Shown one piece after another: positions 53,460 to 63,932 of a stretch of 64,000 nt of DNA (the first letter of the stretch is position 1; every line of letters begins with the position of its first letter). This stretch comes from Alphaproteobacteria bacterium (lineage in GTDB: Bacteria; Pseudomonadota; Alphaproteobacteria; SP197), in assembly GCA_964291265.2 (NCBI GenBank), contig OZ219747.1, forward strand, positions 2,560,001 to 2,624,000, read 5' to 3'. Under the pieces are notes generated by a model that was not told where the DNA came from, searched no databases, and saw only the letters and a program-made list of their open reading frames with translations. A program made the translations under genes and the position numbers.

Positions 53460-55574
53460 TCACGTCTCCGTTCCGGTCATTCTCATCATGCAGTCGGCCA
53501 CCACGACGCCACCGCCCCTCGGCATGACGAGAAGTGGATTGACGTCGAGTTCCACGAGGCTCGCGGAATGTTCGGTTGCGAAGGTGGCCACGGCCATGAC
53601 GGCCTCCAGGAGGGCCTCCACGTCGCCGGGAGGCGCTCCCCTGTAGCCGTCGAGCAGGCGCGAGACCTTCAGGGACCCGATGGCCCGCTCGACGTCGTCG
53701 CGTTCGAGAGGAAGATGCAGGACGACGGAATCGTCGACGAGTTCGACGAAGGTGCCACCGGCGCCAACGATCAGCACCTGCCCGAAGGTGTCGTCCCGTG
53801 TCACGCCGATGATCAATTCGGCGACGTGGCCGGTGACCATGGCTTCAACCAGAAGTTCTTCGATGCCGGTGCGCCGGGCGATGGTTCCGGCCGCCCTGAC
53901 AACTTCCCGGTGATCGGTGAGATCGAGGGCGACACCGCCCGCTTCGGTCTTGTGGGCGATGGTGGCTGACAGTGCCTTCACGACCACCGGATATCCGATG
54001 CGCTCGGCAGCCGATGCGGCGCTTGCCGGGCGGGCGCACTCGCCGGTGGGAATCGTCAGCCCGGCGGCGGCGAGACGCTGCTTGCCTTCCTGTTCGTCAA
54101 GGACCCGCACCTCGCCGGCAAGGGGAACCGGCCCGGCAAGGGCACGGCCGCCGCGCGTCGTGCGGGCGAGAAATGCGCGCCGCCTGGCGCCATAGAGACA
54201 GGTCCGCGCCAGGGACAGCGTGCCCGCCCTGATGCCCTGGGTCATGGCGATGCCGGCATGGTGAAACTGCCTGCGGAGCCTGACGGAGGTGTTGTCGGGA
54301 AGTGACGAGGTGATGACACCGGGAACGTCGTGCCGGAGCAGGGATGTGCGAAAGGCGCGCATGGCCGCCGCTGCACCGTCGTCCTGCGAGCGCGTGTCCC
54401 GGGTCTGCTCGGCATCGGCGATCGTGTCGACCACCAGCAGTCCGGCGTCGACCCCCTGGCGAAGCAGCACGGCAAAGATGGCTTCCAGGACATCCTGGCG
54501 GCCCCAGTTCGAGGTGTTGTAGTCGAGTGGATTGGCGATCGTGGTGAAGGGCTGCATATGACAGGCGATGTCGTTGTGCTGGCGCTGATCGAGTTCCGGC
54601 AACTCGATGCCAAGGGGCTCCACGATATCGGCGACACACCCCGAATCGCCTCCCGAACACGTCATCACGGCCAGCCGGAGACCCTCGGGGATCCCCGTCA
54701 CCGACACCACCTTTGCGGTTTCCAGGAGGTCTTCCGGGGTCTCCACGCGAATGATGTCGAGCCGGTCGAAGAGCGCCTGATAGAACCTGTCATCACCGGC
54801 AAGGGACGCGGTGTGGCTCATGGCCATGGAAGCGCCCTTCCTCGAGACCCCGGACTTGAGCACGATGATCGGTTTGCCGGCCTCGACGGCGCGGAGTGCG
54901 GCCCGGCTGAAGGCCGCGGCGTCGGGCAGGGTTTCCATGAAGAGGGCGAACGAGGTGACGGCAGGATCGTCGACGAGAACCTCGATGTAGTCGGCAAAGT
55001 CGAGAACGGCCTGGTTGCCGCAGGAAATCACGTGGGAGAGCGGGGTGCCGCGCCGGCCGTTGGCGACATTGATGCAGATGTTGCCGCTCTGTCCGATGAA
55101 GGCGCACCCCCTCGCGGTTCTCTCCCCCAGGACAGGCGTCGCCATCGCCAGGGCGCCGCTGACGTAGTTGTTGAAGCCGTAGCAGTTGGGTCCGATGACG
55201 GCGAGACTACCTGCCCGTTGTCGGAGTTCCTGTTCCAGGGCGAGGCCCTCTGTGCCGGTTTCCGCATAGCCCGCCGCATAGCAGACGGCGCCTCCGGCCC
55301 CCATGTCAACGAGGCGCGCAATCAGGTCATTGGTCATCTCGCGGTTGACTGCGAGGAAGACGACATCGGGTGGCGCGTCGAGATCGTCGATGGACCCCAG
55401 GCACGGTTCGCCGGCGATCGTCTGCCGTCGCGGATTGACGACGCGGACGTCCCCGGCAAACCCCAGGTTCCTTGTCGCGGCAATGGCCGGTTCGAGGAAG
55501 GAACCTCCGACATAGCAGATGCTGGCCGGATCGAGGGCGCGCCGCAGGTTGGCGTGACGGGCCGCGCGGGACAT
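53460..55574 (-). CDS. ADP-forming acyl-CoA ligase (acetate-CoA ligase family)
   Basis: GPNCYG, QSGN, SHTASLAG, NPLD, HKTEAGGV, LDVNP. Confidence 0.9.
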   Translation of the reverse strand: MSRAARHANLRRALDPASICYVGGSFLEPAIAATRNLGFAGDVRVVNPRRQTIAGEPCLGSIDDLDAPPDVVFLAVNREMTNDLIARLVDMGAGGAVCYAAGYAETGTEGLALEQELRQRAGSLAVIGPNCYGFNNYVSGALAMATPVLGERTARGCAFIGQSGNICINVANGRRGTPLSHVISCGNQAVLDFADYIEVLVDDPAVTSFALFMETLPDAAAFSRAALRAVEAGKPIIVLKSGVSRKGASMAMSHTASLAGDDRFYQALFDRLDIIRVETPEDLLETAKVVSVTGIPEGLRLAVMTCSGGDSGCVADIVEPLGIELPELDQRQHNDIACHMQPFTTIANPLDYNTSNWGRQDVLEAIFAVLLRQGVDAGLLVVDTIADAEQTRDTRSQDDGAAAAMRAFRTSLLRHDVPGVITSSLPDNTSVRLRRQFHHAGIAMTQGIRAGTLSLARTCLYGARRRAFLARTTRGGRALAGPVPLAGEVRVLDEQEGKQRLAAAGLTIPTGECARPASAASAAERIGYPVVVKALSATIAHKTEAGGVALDLTDHREVVRAAGTIARRTGIEELLVEAMVTGHVAELIIGVTRDDTFGQVLIVGAGGTFVELVDDSVVLHLPLERDDVERAIGSLKVSRLLDGYRGAPPGDVEALLEAVMAVATFATEHSASLVELDVNPLLVMPRGGGVVVADCMMRMTGTET

Positions 55575-55700
55575 GTCAGGCGAACGCCTTCGGCAACGGT
55601 TCGGATGGCATCGGGAGCGCGTGATTCCTCGCGGAAGGATGTCGACCAAGAATGTGGACAAGGGGAGAGAAGAGGCCATGCCCGCGATCAGGGAATCGGC

Positions 55701-56957
55701 CTACCATCTGGACATGCGTCCCAGGTCGCGGTCCATGTGATCGCGCAGGGCCGATTCGGTCAGCACCTGAGAGGTTCGCAGGACCGTCACGAAGTCGCGC
55801 TGTTCGTCCATCGGCACCGGTGCACGCCGCGTCATCCGGTAGAGAGCGAAACCACCTAGCAGCATCAGGGATATCGCCGGAAACCAGAAATAGCCAGCCG
55901 GCCCGACAAGCTGCATCATCGCGCCGGCGACAGTCGGCCCGAGAATGCCGCCGATCCCGGCGGCGAGCAGCAGCCCGCTGGAGGCCGCCACCATCTGTTC
56001 CGACCTGAGATGATCGTTCGTGTGTGCAATCGACAGCGAATAGAGCGGGGACAGGAAACACCCGACAACCGCCACGGCACCGATCTGGACCATGGGTTCG
56101 GGACCCGCGAAGAGAGCTGCAAGGATGGCGGCGGTGCTGCCCGCGAAGGCCACGATCGTCAGGACCTTTCGGCGATCGAAACGGTCGCTCAGTCGGCCGA
56201 TCGGCCAGATCAGGATCGTGCCGCCGACGATGCTGGCTGCCATGAAGAGGGAGGTATGTGTGACGCCCATGCCAAGGCCGGCGCCGTAGAGCGACGCCAG
56301 CCAGACGAGTGCTCCCTGGGCGGCGCCATTGGTGAAGCATCCGGCGATTCCCAGCGGCGACGTTCTCACCAGTTCGATGACGCCGAGTCCGGCCGGGTTC
56401 TCGAAGTGCGGCGCCGGGTAGGTGGAAAGCGACACCGGCAACACGGCCAGTGACACCAGGATGGAGGCGGTCATGAAGAGGACAGGCCCGCCGGGGTCCG
56501 CAATGTTGAGGAGCAGGGGGCCAACCGCCATCGAACCCGACATGGCGATCATGTAGACACCGAGCAACTGACCACGGGTCTCGTTGGTCGACCGGTCGTT
56601 GAGCCAGCTCTCGGCGATGATGAAGAGGCCGATCGTGCAGAAGCCGGTGAGAATGCGCAGCGCGGCCCACACGGCGGTATCGACAAGGACCGCGTGACCC
56701 AGCGCCGAGATCGAGGCCAGCGACGCCAGGGCCGTGAACACGCGGACATGGCCCACGCGCTCGACGAGACGGGGCACAGCGAGGGCGCCGAAGACGAATC
56801 CGAAATAATAACTCGACATGATGATGCCGGTCACAAGGTCCGGAAAGCCGGCCGCCGGCGCCCGCAGCCCGAGAAGCGAGCCCTGGAGGGCGTTGCCTGA
56901 CGTCAGCAGGGAAACGCTGACAATGACCGCCCAGACGCCGAAGATCGCTGCCACCAC
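55701..56957 (-). CDS. MFS transporter (YcaD-like)
   Basis: RVGHVR, ESWLN, GRLSDRFDRR; about 12 TM segments. Confidence 0.9.
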   Translation of the reverse strand: MVAAIFGVWAVIVSVSLLTSGNALQGSLLGLRAPAAGFPDLVTGIIMSSYYFGFVFGALAVPRLVERVGHVRVFTALASLASISALGHAVLVDTAVWAALRILTGFCTIGLFIIAESWLNDRSTNETRGQLLGVYMIAMSGSMAVGPLLLNIADPGGPVLFMTASILVSLAVLPVSLSTYPAPHFENPAGLGVIELVRTSPLGIAGCFTNGAAQGALVWLASLYGAGLGMGVTHTSLFMAASIVGGTILIWPIGRLSDRFDRRKVLTIVAFAGSTAAILAALFAGPEPMVQIGAVAVVGCFLSPLYSLSIAHTNDHLRSEQMVAASSGLLLAAGIGGILGPTVAGAMMQLVGPAGYFWFPAISLMLLGGFALYRMTRRAPVPMDEQRDFVTVLRTSQVLTESALRDHMDRDLGRMSRW

Positions 56958-57082
56958 GGCGAAGAGTCCCGCGCAGATGAAGTTGCCGCCTATGCCCTAT
57001 CGGAGCGCGTGAATCCAGCCCGAAAATGTCGGTTTCCGATGCAGTCGGCGACGATGTTCGGACCGGGTTGGCGCCGGTCCCG

Positions 57083-58792
57083 TCACATGAGGAAATAGCG
57101 CCTCGAGAGGGCGACGTGACGCACCGGAGGGACATTGAGGAGATCACCGTCGGCATGGACTTCGAAGGTTTCCGGATCGACCCTGATCTGCGGCAGAGCA
57201 TCATTGCGAACCATGTCCTTCTTGGATAGATGCCGTGTTCCCGAGGCCGGCAGCAGTCTCCGGCCGAGGTCGAGTCTGGTGTCGAGGCCGTTGTCCATGG
57301 CGAGGGGATGGACGAAGAGAAAGGATATCCGGTCGGGAGCACCGCCGCATGCGGGCCAGGCCTCGCGGTAGACGCGGGGTTCACTCATCGACAGCGATGC
57401 CGCGGCCGTGCCGAACGGACTCCACACCTCCACGCCGGCCTTGAAGACCTGCTGCGCCTTGACCCCGAAGAACTCCGGGCGCCACAGAACGATATCGGCG
57501 ATCTTGCCGACCTCGATGCTGCCGATGTCCCTAGCGATGCCGAAAGTGATGGCGGGGTTGATGGTCACCTTCGCGAGATAGCGCAGGATCCGGGCATTGT
57601 CCGCATTGTCGAAGGGTTCATCGCCGAGTGGCCCCCGGCGGTCCTTCATCGCCGAGGCGAGACGCCACATGCCGGCGATGACATCCATCACCCGGCCCAT
57701 CCCCTCGGCGTCGGAACCGGCCATGGAGATGGCTCCGAGGTCATGCAGCACGTCCTCGGCAGCCATGGACTGGGGGCGCAGCCGGCTCTCGGCGAAGGCG
57801 ACATCCTCCGGAACGTCTCCTCTCAGAGTGTGGCACAGCATCATCATGTCCATGTGCTCGCCCAGGGCATTGAGAGTGAATGGATTGGTGGGCGAGGTGG
57901 AAGACGGCAGGCAATGGCGTTCTGCGTTGCAGCGGATGATGTCGGGTGCGTGCCCGCCGCCGGCGCCCTCGGTGTGATACATGTGGATGGTACGGCCCGC
58001 TATGGCTTCCATCGTGGCCTCGTAGAATCCCGATTCGTTCATCGAGTCGGTGTGGAGCTGGACCTGGAAATCCAGGCGGTCGGCGACGCCGAGGCAGGTG
58101 TCGATGAGAGCCGGCATGGCCCCGAGGTCCTCGTGGATCTTGACGCCGATGACCCCGGACGCCAGCTGTTCCTCGATGGCGTCCGGCCGGCTGGCGCTGC
58201 CGCGGCTGAACAGACCGAAGTTCATCGGGAAACGCCGGGTGGCCTGCAGCATGATGGCGTTCGCCCAGTCGCCGCCACTGTCGATGGCCCAGCACCCGGG
58301 GAATCCACCGCCGATCATCGTGGTGAGGCCGGCGGAAAGCGCGTGCCACACCTCGGCCGGCTGCAGGTAGTGGGCGTGAACGTCGATTCCTCCCGGCGTC
58401 GCGATCAGTCCCTGGCCATTGACGTGCTTGGTGCCCGGACCGATCACCATGCCGGGCGAAACGCCAGCCATGAAAGCGGGATTGCCGGCCTTGCCGATGG
58501 CAGCAATGCGGCCATCCCGCACTCCGACATCCGCCTTGTAGATACCGCCGACAGGGCACATGACGACGACGTTGCAGAAGACGGTCTCGAGAGCCCCTTC
58601 ATCGAGCCTGATGCCGCCGTGGATACCGGTGTCGCCGCGCAGGGTCTTGCCGAGGCCCGTGAGCGCTTCCTCGCCATGGACGGCATGGTCGTGCTCGATG
58701 CGGGCGACAAGGCTGGTGTCGCCAAGACGGACACGGTCGCCCGTGGTTGGTCCGAAGAGGGCTGCATAGCGTTCCCGGGTCATCGTCACCAT
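57083..58792 (-). CDS. ureC: Urease alpha subunit-like amidohydrolase (divergent)
   Basis: GPTTGDRVRLGDT, DVHAH, KIHED, HTD, HTEGAGGGH, SDAEGMGR. Confidence 0.85.
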   Translation of the reverse strand: MVTMTRERYAALFGPTTGDRVRLGDTSLVARIEHDHAVHGEEALTGLGKTLRGDTGIHGGIRLDEGALETVFCNVVVMCPVGGIYKADVGVRDGRIAAIGKAGNPAFMAGVSPGMVIGPGTKHVNGQGLIATPGGIDVHAHYLQPAEVWHALSAGLTTMIGGGFPGCWAIDSGGDWANAIMLQATRRFPMNFGLFSRGSASRPDAIEEQLASGVIGVKIHEDLGAMPALIDTCLGVADRLDFQVQLHTDSMNESGFYEATMEAIAGRTIHMYHTEGAGGGHAPDIIRCNAERHCLPSSTSPTNPFTLNALGEHMDMMMLCHTLRGDVPEDVAFAESRLRPQSMAAEDVLHDLGAISMAGSDAEGMGRVMDVIAGMWRLASAMKDRRGPLGDEPFDNADNARILRYLAKVTINPAITFGIARDIGSIEVGKIADIVLWRPEFFGVKAQQVFKAGVEVWSPFGTAAASLSMSEPRVYREAWPACGGAPDRISFLFVHPLAMDNGLDTRLDLGRRLLPASGTRHLSKKDMVRNDALPQIRVDPETFEVHADGDLLNVPPVRHVALSRRYFLM

Positions 58793-58794
58793 GA

Positions 58795-59490
58795 TCAGGC
58801 CCCCCGGAATCCGCGTTCGCGGGCCCGGGCAAGGGCCCGCTCCCTGACGTCGGGATCGTGGATGTTGCCTTCGGTGAGACGATTGAAGCCCCGGATGTCT
58901 CCGCTTCCGGCGATGGCAGTCAACGTCACCCGTCGATGTTCACCCGGATCGAACCGTGCGCTCGCTCCGGCCGGCAGATCGAGACGCTTGCCGAAAGCCG
59001 CGCCGCGATTGAACTCGAGGTCGCGGTTGGCCTCGAAGAAGTGGTAGTGGCTGGCCACATGGACCGGCCGGTCGCCGCGGTTGAGAACGGTGAGCTCGGT
59101 CTTCGCGCTGCCGTCGTTGAGCGTGATGTCGCCGTCAGCGACAAGCAATTCGCCGGGGCGGCAGCCTGGTTCCGAAGGTTCCTTTCCCGGCCGCACCGGC
59201 TGCCAGACGGTCACCGTCTTCAGACCGTCGTCGAACTGGGCATCGACGTTGACCAGATCGATCATCTCCGCCACGCCGGGGAGCACGTCATCGGTCGTCA
59301 GGAGCGTCGCGGCGACGCTACGCACCTCGGCCAGCGTGTGCCCGTCGCGTGCCGCCTCCATGATCTCGTCGGCAATCAGCGCCACTGCCTCGGGCTGATT
59401 GAGCCTGAGGCCACGGGCCCGTCGTCTGCGTGCGAGCTCCGCTGCCGTGAAGAGGGTCAACCGGTCGATTTCCGCAGGCGTGAGCATCAT
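58795..59490 (-). CDS. ureAB: Fused urease gamma/beta subunit
   Basis: [16 protein letters not shown]..; [20 protein letters not shown]. Confidence 0.88.
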   Translation of the reverse strand: MMLTPAEIDRLTLFTAAELARRRRARGLRLNQPEAVALIADEIMEAARDGHTLAEVRSVAATLLTTDDVLPGVAEMIDLVNVDAQFDDGLKTVTVWQPVRPGKEPSEPGCRPGELLVADGDITLNDGSAKTELTVLNRGDRPVHVASHYHFFEANRDLEFNRGAAFGKRLDLPAGASARFDPGEHRRVTLTAIAGSGDIRGFNRLTEGNIHDPDVRERALARARERGFRGA

Positions 59491-59543
59491 GGACGAGTTT
59501 CCGGTGTTGCGATGTCAACAGGTGGCGCCATCGACGCTCCCGC

Positions 59544-59999
59544 TCAAGGATCGAAAGCGCGGTGCATGACACGGTCGCCGGGCTTGAGGCCCAGCCGCCG
59601 GGAGGTGCCGGCAAGCACTTCGAGGACTCCGGCCGCCGGCAGGCCGGAAGGAATGAACGTCTCATCGAGCGGTCGGGCATCGGCGGCGATGGACACGATG
59701 ACCCCTTGGCGATCGAGAAAGATGATGTCGAGGGGAAGATAGGTGTTCTTCATCCAGAAACTGCGTGGTGCCTCCCTGCCGAAGAGAAAGAGCATGCCCT
59801 CGTCTTCAGCCATGGTCTCGCGGAACATGAGGCCGCGGGAACGCTGCGCCGGCGTGACGGCGAGGTCCACGTGGAATGTCCACGACCGCTTGTCCGCGGT
59901 GACGACATCCAGGATGTCCCTGGCAAACGCCATGTCGTCCTCCGCGGCCGACGGAAGGGCGATCACCATGACCAGGAGGCGGAACAGTCGGCGATACAA
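59544..59999 (-). CDS. DUF192 family protein
   Basis: RGLMFR..GMLF..FWMKNT.LPLDIIF; start uncertain. Confidence 0.85.
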   Translation of the reverse strand: MYRRLFRLLVMVIALPSAAEDDMAFARDILDVVTADKRSWTFHVDLAVTPAQRSRGLMFRETMAEDEGMLFLFGREAPRSFWMKNTYLPLDIIFLDRQGVIVSIAADARPLDETFIPSGLPAAGVLEVLAGTSRRLGLKPGDRVMHRAFDP

Positions 60000-60060
60000 G
60001 CCTTGTCCCCGGTTCGCTCTTGGGCATACTCGGGCGAACCATGTGAATGGAGAAAGTGCT

Positions 60061-60537
60061 GTGGGTCGCATGATCAGCCTCGCGGTCGTGCTCATGGGTG
60101 TATGGTTCATCCTCAGTGGTTCCACCGACCCGTTTCTTCTCGCATCGGGTGTGGTCAGTGTGCTGCTTGTCGTGATCATCGCCCATCGCATGGGAATGAT
60201 CGACGAGGAAGGGTTTCCGATCCAGCTTCTTGGCGGACTGATCCTCTATCTGCCCTGGCTTGTCTGTCAGATTGCCCTCGCCAACCTTGCCGTGGCACGC
60301 ACCATCCTTGCTCCGACCATGACGACGAACTGCGGTTCGGCCTGGGTGCCGGCCAGCCAGAAGACACCGGTGGGTCTCGTCGTGTTCGCCAATTCGATCA
60401 CCCTGACACCGGGCACCGTCTCCCTGTCGGTTCTTGAGGACCGCATACAGGTGCACGCGCTTTCGAGGAAGAGCCTCGAGGATCTGCAGCGGGGCGACAT
60501 GGACCGCCGGGTATGCGCTGTCGAGGGCCGGCGCTGA
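60061..60537 (+). CDS. mnhE: Na+/H+ antiporter subunit E
   Basis: ANSITLTPGT, VHAL. Confidence 0.9.
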   Translation: MGRMISLAVVLMGVWFILSGSTDPFLLASGVVSVLLVVIIAHRMGMIDEEGFPIQLLGGLILYLPWLVCQIALANLAVARTILAPTMTTNCGSAWVPASQKTPVGLVVFANSITLTPGTVSLSVLEDRIQVHALSRKSLEDLQRGDMDRRVCAVEGRR

Positions 60538-60800
60538 TGTTTGCGGTGGTGACGACCCTTCTGGTGGTGGCCATGGCCATGACCCTGGCGCGCGTCGTGA
60601 GGGGTCCCACGCCCTACGACCGCATTCTCGCTGTCAATGTTCATGGCACGATGACGGTCATGCTGATCGCCGTGACGGGCTACCTGACGGACCGGCCGGA
60701 CTTTCTCGACCTCTCCATCGCGTATGCTCTGATCAACTTTGTCGGCACTCTCGCGGCGTTGAAATACTTCAGGTTCGGTCACCTCGGGGATGAACCTTGA
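60537..60800 (+). CDS. mnhF: Na+/H+ antiporter subunit F
   Basis: GPTPYDRILA. Confidence 0.9.
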   Translation: MFAVVTTLLVVAMAMTLARVVRGPTPYDRILAVNVHGTMTVMLIAVTGYLTDRPDFLDLSIAYALINFVGTLAALKYFRFGHLGDEP

Positions 60801-61129
60801 ACATTGTGATGGACGTTGTGAGCTGGGTCGCCCTCGTCGCAGGCGGTCTGGCGATGGTGACGAGCGCGCTCGGCATGGTGCGTCTGCCGGACATCTTCAC
60901 GAGGCTTCATGCCGGCAGTCTCGCCGATACCGGCGGCGTGGGCCTGATCCTTCTGGGGCTCGTCCTGCAGACCGAACCGGGGCTGAACACGCTGAAACTC
61001 CTGCTGATCGCTGTCGTGCTGTTCCTGACGACACCGGCCGTCAGCCACGCCGTGGGGCACGCGGCGCTCCTCGGGGGACTCTCTCCCGATTCCGATGATG
61101 CTGACGACAGCCGGAGCGCGGGTCCTTGA
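60797..61129 (+). CDS. mnhG: Na+/H+ antiporter subunit G
   Basis: RLPDIFTRLHA. Confidence 0.9.
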   Translation: MNIVMDVVSWVALVAGGLAMVTSALGMVRLPDIFTRLHAGSLADTGGVGLILLGLVLQTEPGLNTLKLLLIAVVLFLTTPAVSHAVGHAALLGGLSPDSDDADDSRSAGP

Positions 61130-61671
61130 CGGACGAATTCTCCATCTTCGGGCTTGTTCTGCTGCTGATCGTCCTGGCGCTCGCCACGGTCAGGCTGACC
61201 AATCTGCTCGCTGTCGCCATCCTGGCAGGCGCCATGAGCTTCATTCTGGCGACAGTCTACACGCTGCTCGATGCCGTCGACGTGGCGTTCACGGAAGCTG
61301 TGGTGGGCGCCGGCATCTCCCTTGCCCTCATGCTGGCGGCGATCTCGCTGACGACGCGTCAGGAAGCGCCGTGGCGGCGACGGTCGGCTGAACGGATTTT
61401 GGCGCTCCTGGTGAGCCTCGTCACCGGTGCAGGTCTTCTCTATGCCACCCTCGATATGCCGCTTCTCGGGGATCCGGCGGCCCCGGCCACCCTCCATGTC
61501 GCCGCCCGCTACATCGCCGAAGGCCCGGCAAGCACCGGGGTTCCCAACATGGTGACGGCGATCCTCGCCAGCTACCGGGGCTTCGATACGCTGGGGGAAG
61601 TAGCTGTGATCTTCACCGCCGGGGTCGGCGTCATCGCTCTGCTTCGGCACTGGCGCGAGGACGAGGCATGA
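61126..61671 (+). CDS. DUF4040/MnhB-related antiporter subunit
   Basis: DVAFTEA.VGAG, N.VTAIL..YRGFDTLGE. Confidence 0.88.
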   Translation: MTDEFSIFGLVLLLIVLALATVRLTNLLAVAILAGAMSFILATVYTLLDAVDVAFTEAVVGAGISLALMLAAISLTTRQEAPWRRRSAERILALLVSLVTGAGLLYATLDMPLLGDPAAPATLHVAARYIAEGPASTGVPNMVTAILASYRGFDTLGEVAVIFTAGVGVIALLRHWREDEA

Positions 61672-62093
61672 ACGAGTTCATTCTCGTTCGCGTGGTCGTC
61701 AAGATCATGGTGCCGTTCATCCTCCTGTTTGCATTCTACGTGCAGATGCACGGCGACTATGGCCCTGGGGGCGGTTTCCAGGCTGGTGTCGTCTTCGCCA
61801 CGGGCATCATCGTCTACACCATCGTCTTCGGAATCAGGAGGGCCGTGGAGGCTGTGCCCATGTCCGCCGTCATGGCCATGGTGTGTTGCGGCCTGATCCT
61901 CTATGCCGGTACCGGATTTGCGACGATGGCGCTGGGTGGCGGGTACCTCGACTACAGTGTTCTCGACAGTGCCCATCCCGTGCACGGCCAGCATGTCGGC
62001 ATCATCATCATCGAGCTTGGCGTCGGAATCACGGTCGCCGGTGTGTTGACGGCTGTCTTTCTCGTCCTTGCCGAACGCAGGGCACGGCGATGA
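61668..62093 (+). CDS. mnhB: Na+/H+ antiporter subunit B
   Basis: HGDYGPGGGFQAG. Confidence 0.9.
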   Translation: MNEFILVRVVVKIMVPFILLFAFYVQMHGDYGPGGGFQAGVVFATGIIVYTIVFGIRRAVEAVPMSAVMAMVCCGLILYAGTGFATMALGGGYLDYSVLDSAHPVHGQHVGIIIIELGVGITVAGVLTAVFLVLAERRARR

Positions 62094-62452
62094 ACGCAGT
62101 CGATTTCGTCATGGGACATGCCCTGCAGTGGGGATCGGTGGTGCTGCTGATGATCGGACTCCACATCGTCATGACCCGCGGAAATCTCATCAAGAAAGTC
62201 GCAGGTCTCAATATCTTCCAGGGCGGTGTCTTCCTGTTCTACATCTCCATCGCCAATGTCCGGGACGGCACGGCGCCGATCGTCCATGAGGACGCGGTGC
62301 TCTACGCCAACCCGCTGCCTCATGTCCTCATCCTGACGGCCATCGTGGTCGCAGTGGCCACCACGTCTCTGGCGCTCGCCCTGATCGTGCGCATTCGTGA
62401 ATCCTACGGTTCAATCGAAGAAGACGAGATGGCGAAGGTGGACATGGGCTGA
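62090..62452 (+). CDS. mnhC: Na+/H+ antiporter subunit C
   Basis: NLIKK, NPLPHVLILTAIVV. Confidence 0.9.
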   Translation: MNAVDFVMGHALQWGSVVLLMIGLHIVMTRGNLIKKVAGLNIFQGGVFLFYISIANVRDGTAPIVHEDAVLYANPLPHVLILTAIVVAVATTSLALALIVRIRESYGSIEEDEMAKVDMG

Positions 62453-62456
62453 CCGC

Positions 62457-63932
62457 ATGGGTCTGCTCCAGCAGCTTCCCGCACTCCAGGTCGCGGTGCC
62501 GCTCATCGGTGCGCCGCTCTGTGCGCTCATGGTCAGGCCCCGCCTGGCCTGGGCGTTTGCTGTCGTGGTGGCATGGATCACCTTCGCCATCTCGATAGCG
62601 CTTCTGGAGCATGTTCTCGATGCCGGCCCCATCCACTACACCATGGGCGGCTGGCCCGAGACTCTCGGCATCGCCTATGTGATCGATCCTCTCAATGCCC
62701 TGGTCATGGTCCTGGTATCCGGCATGGCCGCCATCATCATGCCGGCAACCCGGATCGGCATCGATGTCGAGGTGATGCACAGGGCCCGCCATCTGTTCCA
62801 CACGGTGGCGCTGCTCGCCCTTGCCGGAATGCTCGGCATCGCCATTACCGGCGATATCTTCAATCTCTACGTCTTCCTCGAGATCTCCTCCCTGGCGAGT
62901 TACGCGCTGGTGGCCATGGGCATCGACCGGCGGGCGACGCGGGCGGCGTTCCACTATCTCGTCCAGGGAACCCTTGGCGCCACCTTCATTCTCGTCGGCA
63001 TCGGTCTTGCCTACATGATGACCGGCACCCTCAACATGGCGGACATGGCCGCCCGCCTTCCGGGCGTCAGCCACACGGCGCCGATCCAGGCGGCGCTTGC
63101 CTTCATTCTCATCGGCACCGCCATCAAGGCGGCCATCTTTCCGGCGCACTCCTGGATGCCCGGCGCCTATACCCATGCGCCGTCGCTGGTGTCCGCCTTC
63201 TTCGGCGCCACGGCGACGAAGATCGGCGCCTACATGATGCTGCGCTTCGTCTACAGCGTCTTCGGTGCGGACTACGCCTTCGGTGACATGAAGATCGGCT
63301 GGGTGCTCGTACCCCTGGGGCTGGCAGGCGCTGTCGCCGGTTCCGTCGTCGCCATATGGCAGCACGACCTCAGGCGCATGCTTGCCCATTCGAGTGTCGC
63401 CCAGGTGGGCTACATCGCCGCCGCCATCGGATTCGCCAATCGTGATGGCCTCGTTGCCGCCATTGTCCACGTTGTCAACCACGGACTCATGAAGGGTGCG
63501 CTCTTCCTTGTCATGGCCTGCGTCATCATGAGACTGGGCAAGGCGGACATGGAGAGTTTCCGGGGCCTGGGGCGTCGCATGCCACTGACCATGGGGTGCT
63601 TTGTCGTGGCCGGGCTGTCGATGATCGGTGTTCCGGCGACGGTGGGATTCGTCTCGAAGTGGTATCTTGTGAGCAGCGCCCTTGACGCCGGAATGTGGCC
63701 GCTGGCGCTCGTCATCGTGGCCGCCTCCCTGATGGCGATCATCTACATCTGGCGCGTGGTCGATGTCGCCTACTTCACGGACCCGCCGCCGGGAGCGAGA
63801 GACGAGGCACCGGCCACGCTGGTTGTTCCGGCCATGGTCCTGTGTGCGCTCTGCATCGTTCTTGGCGTCTGGACCGACCTCACGGTCGGCGTGGCGGACA
63901 CCGCGGCGCGACTCCTCGGAGGAGCGCCGTGA
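62457..63932 (+). CDS. mnhD: Na+/H+ antiporter subunit D
   Basis: GDIFNLYVFLEI, KAAIFP.H.W.P.AY, NHGLMKGALF. Confidence 0.92.
   Translation: MGLLQQLPALQVAVPLIGAPLCALMVRPRLAWAFAVVVAWITFAISIALLEHVLDAGPIHYTMGGWPETLGIAYVIDPLNALVMVLVSGMAAIIMPATRIGIDVEVMHRARHLFHTVALLALAGMLGIAITGDIFNLYVFLEISSLASYALVAMGIDRRATRAAFHYLVQGTLGATFILVGIGLAYMMTGTLNMADMAARLPGVSHTAPIQAALAFILIGTAIKAAIFPAHSWMPGAYTHAPSLVSAFFGATATKIGAYMMLRFVYSVFGADYAFGDMKIGWVLVPLGLAGAVAGSVVAIWQHDLRRMLAHSSVAQVGYIAAAIGFANRDGLVAAIVHVVNHGLMKGALFLVMACVIMRLGKADMESFRGLGRRMPLTMGCFVVAGLSMIGVPATVGFVSKWYLVSSALDAGMWPLALVIVAASLMAIIYIWRVVDVAYFTDPPPGARDEAPATLVVPAMVLCALCIVLGVWTDLTVGVADTAARLLGGAP

Noticed and set aside
57230-59047. Long antisense ORFs (also 9721..11667, 6376..8019, 54330..55859, 52557..53969)
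   Set aside because: Shadow frames of well-supported genes in high-GC DNA.
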